Shown here: positions 1 to 8,652 of the stretch, in pieces
Layout of the letters: the number at the start of each line of letters is the position of its first letter
How positions within the stretch are numbered: the first letter of the stretch is position 1
Source: a virus
Taxonomy: Duplodnaviria > Caudoviricetes
Length of the DNA: 61,775 bases
Direction: 5' to 3' (one strand)
IMG/VR virus record: IMGVR_UViG_3300023112_000002
Location: 1-61,775 of that record
The notes under the pieces: generated by a model
The model's database searches: none
What the model saw: only the letters and a program-made list of their open reading frames with translations
Told to the model about the DNA's origin: nothing
Program-made: the position numbers and the translations under genes

Positions 1-127
1 CCGAAAAAGGAACTGCATCTAAATCAGGTCGAAATCGTTCAACAACTTTCTCTTCACCGGGGGGAGGTTCTCCTGCTAAAAAAACTGTACATATAACTAA
101 AATTAGAAGAAATAAGCAGGGAAATGT
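1..127. repeat. Terminal direct repeat (copy 1); assembly overlap of a circular or circularly permuted genome
   Basis: 1-127 is identical to 61649-61775; 127 matches a common assembler k-mer; an ORF reads through the join. Confidence 0.95.
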
Positions 128-251
128 AATGTCTCTCAAAAGTAAGCAGAAAGGTATATCAGATAAAAAATTCCGAAAAGCTTCGAACAGGATTGCTGTA
201 GGTGAAGCCCGCGACAAGTTTAAAGAAAAAAAGAAAAGAATTAAAAAATGA
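1..251 (+). CDS. 3' part of a Lys/Arg-rich basic protein spanning the circular join (starts at 61570)
   Basis: Frame from ATG 61570 continues through the repeat to TGA 249-251: MKRDLSKPLAPTFGDPKPKVRKR...KFKEKKKRIKK. Confidence 0.8.
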   Translation, partial: EKGTASKSGRNRSTTFSSPGGGSPAKKTVHITKIRRNKQGNVMSLKSKQKGISDKKFRKASNRIAVGEARDKFKEKKKRIKK

Positions 252-293
252 GCTTTAAATCCGTCGCAAATAAACTTGGAAAGAATTTCTAAA

Positions 294-485
294 ATGGCTG
301 GTCGAACTAAAAAATTTCCAGCTATTAAAAAAGCTAACCGAGGTAAGTTTACCTCGTGGGCGAAGAACAATGGGTTTAAGGACGCATGTAGTGCGGCCTC
401 TGCTGTCATGAAGAGTACGGATAAGTATTCTGAAAAGGTAGTCGAGATGGCTAACTACGCTAATAACTTCGGTTGTAAAAAATAA
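294..485 (+). CDS. Small basic hypothetical protein
   Basis: ATG 294 (MAGRTKKFPAIKK...); stop overlaps the next ATG (TAATG). Confidence 0.75.
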   Translation: MAGRTKKFPAIKKANRGKFTSWAKNNGFKDACSAASAVMKSTDKYSEKVVEMANYANNFGCKK

Positions 486-658
486 TGAAAAGAACTCGCA
501 TCGCACCCTCAAGAGGTTTAGGTGATACTATAGAAAAATTCACCACTGCTACTGGAATTAAGAAGGTAGTGGATACTGTAGCTAAAGCTGCAGGTAAGGA
601 CTGCGGATGTGGCGAGCGTCGAGACACTTTAAATAGGGCGTTCCCCTACCAAAAATAA
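485..658 (+). CDS. 57-aa hypothetical protein with a CxC motif (not in the ORF track)
   Basis: Translated by hand: MKRTRIAPSRGLGDTIEKFTTATGIKKVVDTVAKAAGKDCGCGERRDTLNRAFPYQK; fills the gap exactly. Confidence 0.8.
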   Translation: MKRTRIAPSRGLGDTIEKFTTATGIKKVVDTVAKAAGKDCGCGERRDTLNRAFPYQK

Positions 659-664
659 AAAGAT

Positions 665-1153
665 ATGGCATATCAAAGATTACAAGTCAGTGAGGGGTTA
701 GCAGTTATACCGAGCAATACTGTCCCTATCCCGGACCCGTCTACGAAAGTTATAAGCGGTACTGCAGATTTTTCTGTAGCCGGGACGCTTACAGATGTTG
801 GAACCACTTTTCTGTCAGCTGGCATTCAAACGAATGCTATCGTATATAATGTAACCGCAGGTATTGCTTACTATGTAACGGCAGTTACTGACGATTTAAA
901 CTTAGCCCTTTCGCCGAGTTCTGCAGGAGGTGCTACTGATGAGTATGTTATATACAACGCAGCCACTAAAGCGGCCACTCTATATATAGGCACAACGGGA
1001 GACCTTGTGGTGGAGATGGCCAGTGAGCGAGACTCTCAAGCTACCCCTGCTTTAACCTTTTATAACGTACCCAGCAGCGCGTTCCTCCCTATCTTAGTTA
1101 CTAAGGTGGGAATAAGTAGTTCGCCTAATATGAACATCATAGCTCTCTGGTAG
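665..1153 (+). CDS. Putative virion structural/decoration protein
   Basis: 162 aa, A/T/S/V-rich beta composition, directly upstream of the adhesin. Confidence 0.7.
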   Translation: MAYQRLQVSEGLAVIPSNTVPIPDPSTKVISGTADFSVAGTLTDVGTTFLSAGIQTNAIVYNVTAGIAYYVTAVTDDLNLALSPSSAGGATDEYVIYNAATKAATLYIGTTGDLVVEMASERDSQATPALTFYNVPSSAFLPILVTKVGISSSPNMNIIALW

Positions 1154-1154
1154 T

Positions 1155-4100
1155 ATGCCTACAGGGATAGGAAACGGCATAGCGGGAGATGTTTTCCAAA
1201 ACAACCTTGGAGCGGGTGGCGGAGGCGGCCTTGTTTGTCCTTCTCGCTATTCGCTATTATTTAACGGCACGACTCAGTTCTCCTATGGGTCAACATTTGA
1301 TGTATCAGCATCCGCTTCCTCTTTATCTGTTTGGATTAATACCTCGGATAGAGCGGGGGTCTCTGCTACAGGCACCGGTATATACAGTTCCTCAGCAAGC
1401 GGAATAAGACCTTTCTCCACTTATTTCGATGCCGAGGGTGTCCTAAATTCTAAGTTAGGCCCCATGACTTTCCCTGCTCACCCCGAGCTTATAACTAACG
1501 GAAGCTTTTCCAATGTCCCTGTGGGTACGGAGCTTATCGCTAACCCTACCTTCTCTGACGCTGCGAGTATAACCCCGTGGAATACATCTTCCGGTAGGGC
1601 TACTATAGGGCCTTGGGAACCGAGGTTTATGAGACTTACTTATGATTTAGCCCAAGGTGGCGCTTTATTTGATAACCTGAGCCAGCCTTTAAACACCATG
1701 TACAGCGTTAAGATGCGTGTGCGTGGAGTCACTTCAGCGGGTGCAGACCAAGGGTCAGCCTTTAGTAACATAGGGGATAACGTAGCTCTAACCTCTGCAA
1801 ATATTATCTCTAACCCTACCTTAACTTACGACTACCAAGACTATGAGTTTAGGGTGTGGAGCACCACGGCTGAGTTTAGACTATATTTAGCTTCCGCCGC
1901 TATAGGCGACGTAGTAGATTTCGATAGCATCTCTGTTAAGCCGCTCGATATGGTGGTGGACAATGGGAACTTTAGTTCTCTTGGAGCGGATTGGACGGTT
2001 ATAGATAATGCTGCTGGCGATACGGTTACTTTTGGAGGATCATCGGCTACGTGGACAAAAACTGTCCCTGAAGCAGTCTATCTTCAACAAGATTATCCGG
2101 TAACTCTCGGAGCTTCACACAAGCTTACATATACTGTATTATCAAACACTTTTACTGGTTCAGGAACTGAGTTAGGTCTTTCGAGTGTAAGTGCATACGG
2201 ACAATCCACTATACCTTCCTCAGTAGGTACTCATACAGTATATTTAATAGTAACCCTTGATACACCAGTAGCAGCACTTAGGTTTTATTCTAATGATACT
2301 GGGGGTTCATTAGAAATCACAGATGTCTCCGTCGAAGAACTCGGAGAGGATTGGACTGTTTTAGAAGACACTTGTACTTTTGGAGAGAATGGTGTTACTA
2401 TGACTTCAACTGAAGGTACTGATTTAAGAATTAGAACTGGCGCAATACTTGCCGACACTACTTCATATAAAGTAACCTACACAATACATGCAGTCGGATT
2501 AACTGGAACAAATGCCATACAATACTACACGGGTTCAGCTTTAAATGCTTATGACGATTTACCTGAACAAGGGATAGGAACACACACTTTTTATTACACC
2601 ACACCAAGTTCAACTAACAACAACTGGTATTTTAAATTAGACCTTAGAGATGGTTCAACAAGCACGACCGACTTTGTAACTATAAGCAGCGTCTCAATCG
2701 AGGAAGTTCTTTCGGAGGACGAGTGGCACCACATAGCTCTTTCTATAGATCGTGATAGCGAGTGGAAGTGGTACGTAGACGGGGTGCTTACCAACACTAT
2801 GGATAACAGCACGGACGCCGTTCCTGATTTTGCTGGGTTTATAGGGTTTACACTACCTTCTTCATCTATTATAGGGCTTAATGATTGGTTTAATGGATAT
2901 ATGACAGAGCCTTCTTTATGGAACACAGCTTTGTCTACCAGCTCGGTAAAAGCTATATACGATAATATGTATGGGGGACAGAGGTGTTTAGGCACCCTAC
3001 CTTTTACCTCGGACTTAATTACCAACGGGAACTTTACTCAGATAGGTCCGGAGCTTGTAAGCAATCCAAATTTTACGGATACGGGAAGTGATGTAATTTA
3101 CAACGGAGGATTTGACACTTCTATTGCTTTAGGCACTACGGGTTCAGGGTGGGTAAACCCTGACGCTGCTGCTGCGTATAACTTAGGAGGATGTAAAATC
3201 ACTCGCGGAGCAGCAGGTTTTGCAAGACTAAGAGGGGCGGATATTTTAGGCAACGATGATATTATAAGTCTATCGACAAACTATAAAATTACATACACAG
3301 TTTTAGAAAATAATGGAGCTGCTTCTGTTATTTTTGAGTTAGCGGGAACTGCCTCCGATGATATTCCGCTTTCGCTCACAACTCATACGGTATATGTTAC
3401 TTCGGGGACAAGCGCAAGTCAAAGGTTTCAAGTATATAATCAAACAGCTTCTTCAAATATAACTTTAACAGATATTCTTGTTGAAGAACTCGGAGAGGAT
3501 TGGAGTATAGGAATGTCTGACGGCTCAGCGCAAACAGCCACCAAGTATGCCGAAATCTTAGCATCGGGATGTAGAATTGTTTCCGATGATACAGCGACCC
3601 CTTATATAGGTGTTCAGCAAGATGTAGTAGAAATAGGTAAAAATTACAAAGGCTCAGTGTCGGTTACAAACTCCGACACCGGAAAAATCCGTGCAAACTT
3701 TGGGGGTGTTAATAGTGATAGTTTTATTGACGGCAGTAATACTTTTTATGCTTCTGAGACCTCTTCTATAAGCGTGACTTTTTTAAGGAATGCTACTGAC
3801 GTAGACACTACTTTTACTCACGTTTCTGTAAAAGAAGTCGGACAGGGGTGGGAGGCCGAGGGCACAGGGTCTGGTGTTGTAACCTTCCCTAACGGAATGG
3901 CGAGGATTGAAACTGTAGCTGCTCCAAACTCGGCCTATATACGTCAGTATAGCGTGATGGAGGTAGGAAAATCCTATACTATGACGTACCGTATAGTAAG
4001 TAATAACGGTGGAACTCTATACAACTCCGGACAAACCCCCACCACAATGGACTCTACTGTAGGATCACACTCCGAGACCTTTATCGCCGGATCCTCCAAT

Positions 4101-4307
4101 CTACTTATTAGCCGATCTGGGAACAACACAGACATCTCTATAACAAATATCACCCTCACCCAAGTGGGCGGTGGGAACTTAGAGCGTTGGTGGAGGATGA
4201 ATGGAACGGATGACTCTTCATATATAGTAGCCAACCAAGCGCCTAATGGGACGGTAAATGATTTAGCTTTTGCAAATAGCCCACAAATAGAACCAGAAGT
4301 GCCATGA
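1155..4307 (+). CDS. LamG/concanavalin A-like protein with multiple CBM-like modules; putative receptor-binding or head/tail fibre protein
   Basis: LamG-type motifs YSLLFNG, SLSVWI, WHHIAL, WYVDG, FNGYMTEPSLWNTALS and NLERWWRM; repeated ELxxNxxF...S/V-V-E/K-E units. Confidence 0.75.
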   Translation: MPTGIGNGIAGDVFQNNLGAGGGGGLVCPSRYSLLFNGTTQFSYGSTFDVSASASSLSVWINTSDRAGVSATGTGIYSSSASGIRPFSTYFDAEGVLNSKLGPMTFPAHPELITNGSFSNVPVGTELIANPTFSDAASITPWNTSSGRATIGPWEPRFMRLTYDLAQGGALFDNLSQPLNTMYSVKMRVRGVTSAGADQGSAFSNIGDNVALTSANIISNPTLTYDYQDYEFRVWSTTAEFRLYLASAAIGDVVDFDSISVKPLDMVVDNGNFSSLGADWTVIDNAAGDTVTFGGSSATWTKTVPEAVYLQQDYPVTLGASHKLTYTVLSNTFTGSGTELGLSSVSAYGQSTIPSSVGTHTVYLIVTLDTPVAALRFYSNDTGGSLEITDVSVEELGEDWTVLEDTCTFGENGVTMTSTEGTDLRIRTGAILADTTSYKVTYTIHAVGLTGTNAIQYYTGSALNAYDDLPEQGIGTHTFYYTTPSSTNNNWYFKLDLRDGSTSTTDFVTISSVSIEEVLSEDEWHHIALSIDRDSEWKWYVDGVLTNTMDNSTDAVPDFAGFIGFTLPSSSIIGLNDWFNGYMTEPSLWNTALSTSSVKAIYDNMYGGQRCLGTLPFTSDLITNGNFTQIGPELVSNPNFTDTGSDVIYNGGFDTSIALGTTGSGWVNPDAAAAYNLGGCKITRGAAGFARLRGADILGNDDIISLSTNYKITYTVLENNGAASVIFELAGTASDDIPLSLTTHTVYVTSGTSASQRFQVYNQTASSNITLTDILVEELGEDWSIGMSDGSAQTATKYAEILASGCRIVSDDTATPYIGVQQDVVEIGKNYKGSVSVTNSDTGKIRANFGGVNSDSFIDGSNTFYASETSSISVTFLRNATDVDTTFTHVSVKEVGQGWEAEGTGSGVVTFPNGMARIETVAAPNSAYIRQYSVMEVGKSYTMTYRIVSNNGGTLYNSGQTPTTMDSTVGSHSETFIAGSSNLLISRSGNNTDISITNITLTQVGGGNLERWWRMNGTDDSSYIVANQAPNGTVNDLAFANSPQIEPEVP

Positions 4308-4582
4308 CTATAGATGATTTTAGATATGCGGAGCTCACACAAACGGAAGCTCGTGGGATAGATTTTTCTCAAGTCCTAACCAACAGTTGGGATACTGCGC
4401 GATGGAACGACGATAGCAGTATGTGTATGGTGTGCTGGGTGGGAGAAACTCCTTCTACTATATCTTCTATACAAGGGTTAGCCACGAAGACGCAGGCTAC
4501 GATGAGGACTGATTTAAGAACTCCAGGAAATAAATTTAAGAACGGAAAAGGCGATACCCCTTCTAAGAAGAAGGGAAAATAA
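4304..4582 (+). CDS. Hypothetical protein coupled to the adhesin (possible chaperone or partner)
   Basis: ATGA overlap with the upstream gene; 92 aa. Confidence 0.7.
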   Translation: MTIDDFRYAELTQTEARGIDFSQVLTNSWDTARWNDDSSMCMVCWVGETPSTISSIQGLATKTQATMRTDLRTPGNKFKNGKGDTPSKKKGK

Positions 4583-4588
4583 TTGTAT

Positions 4589-4596
4589 TATCTTTG
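4589..4596 (+). promoter_or_regulatory. Bacteroidota-type -7 promoter box TATCTTTG
   Basis: Matches TAnnTTTG; intergenic, upstream of the lysis genes. Confidence 0.6.
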
Positions 4597-4670
4597 TGAT
4601 ATGAATTACTGGACAACACACACTACATGGTCGGGGAGTTTTACGTATAGTTTTAAAAAAAGAAATTAAA

Positions 4671-4832
4671 GTGCAGGTGGAGATTAAAGATACAATTAGC
4701 GTTATCGCAGCTAACGGAGGGGCTTTAGGAATTACCCTAACCCAGTGTAATCAGTTTTTACAAATGGTTTCTTTACTCTTAGCTATCTCATATACGGGAT
4801 ATAAGATATATAAGATCTTCGAAAAAAAATGA
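4671..4832 (+). CDS. 53-aa membrane protein, holin/antiholin candidate (not in the ORF track)
   Basis: GTG start; MQVEIKDTISVIAANGGALGITLTQCNQFLQMVSLLLAISYTGYKIYKIFEKK; hydrophobic with a basic C-terminus; ATGA overlap with the endolysin candidate. Confidence 0.6.
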   Translation: MQVEIKDTISVIAANGGALGITLTQCNQFLQMVSLLLAISYTGYKIYKIFEKK

Positions 4833-5299
4833 AGCTCGAGGTTATACGATTCAGCTCCCAAGCCGACTCTACCTCCGGACTCCTTTTTGAAACGACGCCT
4901 GTAGGGAGATCTTTCTTGTGCTACACCTTGGAGGATGAGTACCAGGCTTTAAAAGTAAAAGGAGAGACGCGTATCCCAGCTGGGGTATATGAAATAAAAT
5001 TTAGAAAGATAGGTGGGTTGCATGCGAAGTACAGTAAAAAATATCCTGATATTCATCGTGGCATGCTTCATATCACTGATGTTCCTAATTTTGAGTATAT
5101 TCTTATACATACCGGTAATACTGATGAACATACTGCGGGCTGTCTCATCGTGGGGGATTCTCAAGAAAATAATATCGTCACTGAAAACGGTTGGGTTGGG
5201 AAGAGCCGTAATGCTTATAAAAGGATTTATCCTCTGGTGGCGAAAGCTTTGGAGAGGGGAGAGAAGGTAATGATAAAATATACCGACTACGATGATTAA
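4829..5299 (+). CDS. DUF5675-like protein, putative endolysin (L,D-transpeptidase-like His/Cys motif)
   Basis: CYTLED, ETRIPAGVY and ILIHTGNTDEHTAGCLIVG motifs; flanked by membrane-protein genes. Confidence 0.75.
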   Translation: MKLEVIRFSSQADSTSGLLFETTPVGRSFLCYTLEDEYQALKVKGETRIPAGVYEIKFRKIGGLHAKYSKKYPDIHRGMLHITDVPNFEYILIHTGNTDEHTAGCLIVGDSQENNIVTENGWVGKSRNAYKRIYPLVAKALERGEKVMIKYTDYDD

Positions 5300-5696
5300 T
5301 ATTTGGGCCTCTATATTTGGAAAGGTAATAGAAAGTGCCGAAGGTATCCTCGACGAAGTTATCACAACTAAGGAGGAGAAGGAGACTATTAAGTTAGAGT
5401 TAAAAAAAATCTTACTGGAAGCGGAGCGTGAAGCTTTCGCTAAAGAGGTGGAGGACCGTAAGGACGCCAGGTCGTTATATAAAGACGACGCTTTGATACA
5501 AAAAATCTTAGCCGCTTTATTTACTATAGCATATTTCACTCTCTCATATATTATGTTTAAATACTTTGTGTTCCACGACGTCGTGCTTTCGGAGTATGAG
5601 ATAGGGTTTATCTCTACGATATTTGGAGCCATGAGTGCCAAGGTAAATACCATAGTAGACTTTTTCTTTGGGGGCAGCTCAAAAGAAAATAAATAA
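5292..5696 (+). CDS. Putative holin (3TM-holin-like)
   Basis: Amphipathic N-terminus, EVEDRKDAR, two hydrophobic segments, C-terminal DFFFGGS. Confidence 0.7.
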   Translation: MINIWASIFGKVIESAEGILDEVITTKEEKETIKLELKKILLEAEREAFAKEVEDRKDARSLYKDDALIQKILAALFTIAYFTLSYIMFKYFVFHDVVLSEYEIGFISTIFGAMSAKVNTIVDFFFGGSSKENK

Positions 5697-5700
5697 ACCT

Positions 5701-5708
5701 TATCTTTG
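5701..5708 (+). promoter_or_regulatory. -7 promoter box TATCTTTG
   Basis: TAnnTTTG about 28 nt upstream of ATG 5736. Confidence 0.6.
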
Positions 5709-5735
5709 CTGTAATATTTACTTAAATCTATTACA

Positions 5736-5978
5736 ATGGAAAAGATTACAGATGCAGAGTTAAAGAGATTAAACGATCTCAACTCTGAGTTCAACACAAT
5801 TAAAACTCAACTGGGCGATTTAACTCTACAGAAGCATGGTCTTGTGTTAAGAGTGCAAGAGCTAAAGGGCGAGTTCCAAACCGCGGAAGAGGGCTTGATG
5901 CAAACCTATGGAAAGGATGCCGTCATCAACTTGGAAACCGGGGAGGTGAAGCAAAAAGAAAATGGCGAAGATAAGTAA
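5736..5978 (+). CDS. Coiled-coil hypothetical protein (possible fibre assembly chaperone)
   Basis: 80 aa with a heptad pattern, precedes the fibre genes. Confidence 0.7.
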   Translation: MEKITDAELKRLNDLNSEFNTIKTQLGDLTLQKHGLVLRVQELKGEFQTAEEGLMQTYGKDAVINLETGEVKQKENGEDK

Positions 5979-6510
5979 CACTACAGTATACCCTACAGTA
6001 ACCCCTGCAGATAACGACCTTCTTATATTAACCGACGCTACCGATTCGAATAAAACGAAGACGGTATTGATGAGCGGGGTGAAGTCTTATCTAAATGTTG
6101 ATACGTTTAATGCTACAGGGACTGTTACTTCTACGCAAATATTAAACTCTTTCGCCATACCTGTCGTTCTTATTCAGGGTGTTGCGGGAAAACATATTGT
6201 CCCCATATCTATGGTGTTTACGTTTGTGCCCAACACCACCCCTTACACGACTGCTAACGAGGCATTGTTTACTTTGGGTACGCCGTCATCAGCTGGTACA
6301 TGGAGTCGTATAACTAATGCGTACTATACGGGGTTAACTTCTAAAACTGCATTTAGTTTACCAAGCAGTTACAATACTTTTAACAACCCAGGTATTTATG
6401 CGTCAGGTGCCGGAAATGATAATTTCTTATATTCTACGACAGTAGCCGCCCCTACTGGGGGTGATGGGACTTTTACTTATAATATTATGTACAGACTTGT
6501 AAACGCGTAA
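5962..6510 (+). CDS. Short tail/head fibre-like protein
   Basis: First ~40 aa are paralogous to the N-terminus of 6514..8418 (MAKIxNTTVYPxVTP). Confidence 0.65.
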   Translation: MAKISNTTVYPTVTPADNDLLILTDATDSNKTKTVLMSGVKSYLNVDTFNATGTVTSTQILNSFAIPVVLIQGVAGKHIVPISMVFTFVPNTTPYTTANEALFTLGTPSSAGTWSRITNAYYTGLTSKTAFSLPSSYNTFNNPGIYASGAGNDNFLYSTTVAAPTGGDGTFTYNIMYRLVNA

Positions 6511-6513
6511 GCT

Positions 6514-8418
6514 ATGGCTAAAATTGAAAACACTACCGTCTATCCTTTAGTTACGCCTAACGCGTCTGACTTTGTTATTGGTACAGATACCAGCGATGAC
6601 AACCGCACGGTATCGTTTAAAATATCTGATATCACTGCATCTGGAGGCTTACAAGATCTTCAGTCTGTTTTAGACACGCCAACAACTAACACGGGAGGAA
6701 CCGCTGCTGGCGATATAAGCCTTACAGGAAACATTACTGTAAACGGAACAGTTTCCCCAATAACTATTACAGCAGCGGGAACGCCAGGATCTGCAGGGCA
6801 GATACTTAGCTCTACAGGAACAGGTATCCAATGGATCGCCGCTGCAGGAGCTCAAGACCTACAGGATGTTATAGCGGTTGACCCTAATACAACACTGGGT
6901 TTTGTAATGGACAACTGTGATATTGATACTACGGGAAGTATTAATATGTCTGGTGCGGCGCAGGTGTTAGCTTTAAGCACCAATACCGATATGACTTTAG
7001 CAGCAAATTGTGATATTACCACAGATGGAAATATTATATTAGGATCAGCTTCTGTATTAAACTTTAATGCTACGTCTAAAATAAATGACTCCACTGGCTC
7101 TACTGGAGCTGTAGGATCCATCCTTACTGTTGATGCAGCAGGGACAGGAGTAGAGTGGTCTACAGTAATCCCATCAGCTTCTATGCCTACATTACAGGAG
7201 GTCCTTAGTGCGGGTAATACAGCTACAGGGATAGGAATTTCTTTTGGTGGAGTTGGATCGGGATCTACCTACTCTGTGAGTTCTCCCATCAGCTCTTTCG
7301 CTCCAAATATCTGGCAGGGCACTAATTCATTTACGGCCAACGGAACTACAATTAGTACGGCGGGTATTGCTTTAAGCGGATCACTTTGGGACGGAGCGGC
7401 CACAGGAACATCAGGACAAGTCCTTACCTCTACAGCTACGGGAGTAGCGTGGGCAGACCTTTCAACGATTGGGGTGTCGAGTGTTAACGTGGTTTCCCCT
7501 CCTGTACCCGCAACACTTCCTTCAATGCCACTAACAATTACCCCGACTACGGGGGATGTTTTAATCAGATCAAATGTTTACGCCGGAGCTTCTCTTATAG
7601 GGTGCGTCCCCGCGGGAGGTACAGCCAGTACCTTCCTTCAGGGAGATGGCACATGGGCAACCCCTACGGGAGCGGTAACCTCAGTGAGTGTGCTCGCTTC
7701 AGGAACCTCTACAGGGCCAATAGACGCTATAAAAATAGCACCTACTACAGGACCTGTTCAGGTTCAGTCTAATGCTTTTGGAGGCGGAAACGCTGTAGGT
7801 CACGTACCGGATGCCACTGGAAATACTGCTAAATTTTTAAAGGGTGACGGAACATGGGCCGCCGCGGGAGGATCAGCCGCAGCCCCAGAGTGGGTGCAGA
7901 CTATAGGTGTGGGAAACACAAAAGTTAACATGACGGCTTCTAATTATTATATGTCCAATGCTGCAGGTGCTGCCGGAGTTGAACCTAACACCTCGAATTG
8001 GAGTTTTGACTTTGGAGCGTCTCCCCCTTCCTCGGTAGGTCCAGCAGATGACCAACATGCTATGAGTATGGTTTATGCAAACAGCTCTGCTACAGGGTGC
8101 GCAACATCTTATCCTGACCACACCCTATGTGACGCCGCTATAATGTTCAGCACGAGCTACCCGGACACATTTTTTGTTACTCTCTGGAAGAGCACTCTGG
8201 CTGCTCATAGCGTTTATGAGGCAGTGCCAGCTGCTACATGGACGGAGGCTATTACAGCGGGAAATATAAATGCTACTCAAAACATGACAATAAGCGTTTC
8301 TGGCACAGAAATCCTTGAGCCGGGGTATGGGTTTTTTGCTACGGTACGGGCTGCTACTGGTGGCATACAGGGCTCTTTCGCTGCGAGGATAGTTCTTAAA
8401 TTTAGTGGGTCGGTATAA
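6514..8418 (+). CDS. Tail fibre protein
   Basis: G/T/A/S-rich; repeats GxxGQ/S(I/V)L...TG(I/V)xW x3, LQxVL/I x3, FLxGDGTWA x2. Confidence 0.75.
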   Translation: MAKIENTTVYPLVTPNASDFVIGTDTSDDNRTVSFKISDITASGGLQDLQSVLDTPTTNTGGTAAGDISLTGNITVNGTVSPITITAAGTPGSAGQILSSTGTGIQWIAAAGAQDLQDVIAVDPNTTLGFVMDNCDIDTTGSINMSGAAQVLALSTNTDMTLAANCDITTDGNIILGSASVLNFNATSKINDSTGSTGAVGSILTVDAAGTGVEWSTVIPSASMPTLQEVLSAGNTATGIGISFGGVGSGSTYSVSSPISSFAPNIWQGTNSFTANGTTISTAGIALSGSLWDGAATGTSGQVLTSTATGVAWADLSTIGVSSVNVVSPPVPATLPSMPLTITPTTGDVLIRSNVYAGASLIGCVPAGGTASTFLQGDGTWATPTGAVTSVSVLASGTSTGPIDAIKIAPTTGPVQVQSNAFGGGNAVGHVPDATGNTAKFLKGDGTWAAAGGSAAAPEWVQTIGVGNTKVNMTASNYYMSNAAGAAGVEPNTSNWSFDFGASPPSSVGPADDQHAMSMVYANSSATGCATSYPDHTLCDAAIMFSTSYPDTFFVTLWKSTLAAHSVYEAVPAATWTEAITAGNINATQNMTISVSGTEILEPGYGFFATVRAATGGIQGSFAARIVLKFSGSV

Positions 8419-8433
8419 TTAAAATCAAATGAA

Positions 8434-8652
8434 ATGGACATCAGGAAAATATCAATCGGCGCAGACTATAAGTCTGGCGCCATGCATTATATCGTAGGGC
8501 AAGACGTCTTAGGTGGAAGCCATACGATACATCTTATACAGGACCATAACGAAGGGTATAAAATTTGGATACAGAAATCTGAGGAAGTATATTTGTGGAA
8601 AGAGTTTAGAAAAACTCTACCCATTTCTTTAGAATTTAATATCAATTTTTAA
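8434..8652 (+). CDS. Hypothetical protein
   Basis: 72-aa ORF coupled to the next gene (TAATG). Confidence 0.75.
   Translation: MDIRKISIGADYKSGAMHYIVGQDVLGGSHTIHLIQDHNEGYKIWIQKSEEVYLWKEFRKTLPISLEFNINF

Noticed and set aside
1-127. 127-bp terminal repeat as a biological direct terminal repeat
   Set aside because: Its length equals a common assembler k-mer and it falls mid-gene; it indicates circular assembly, not the physical ends
4949-5797. 282-aa minus-strand ORF and the other antisense ORFs in the track (e.g. 58044-58553, 35208-35675, 38112-38606)
   Set aside because: They are shadows of well-supported genes on the opposite strand and have no motifs or expression signals
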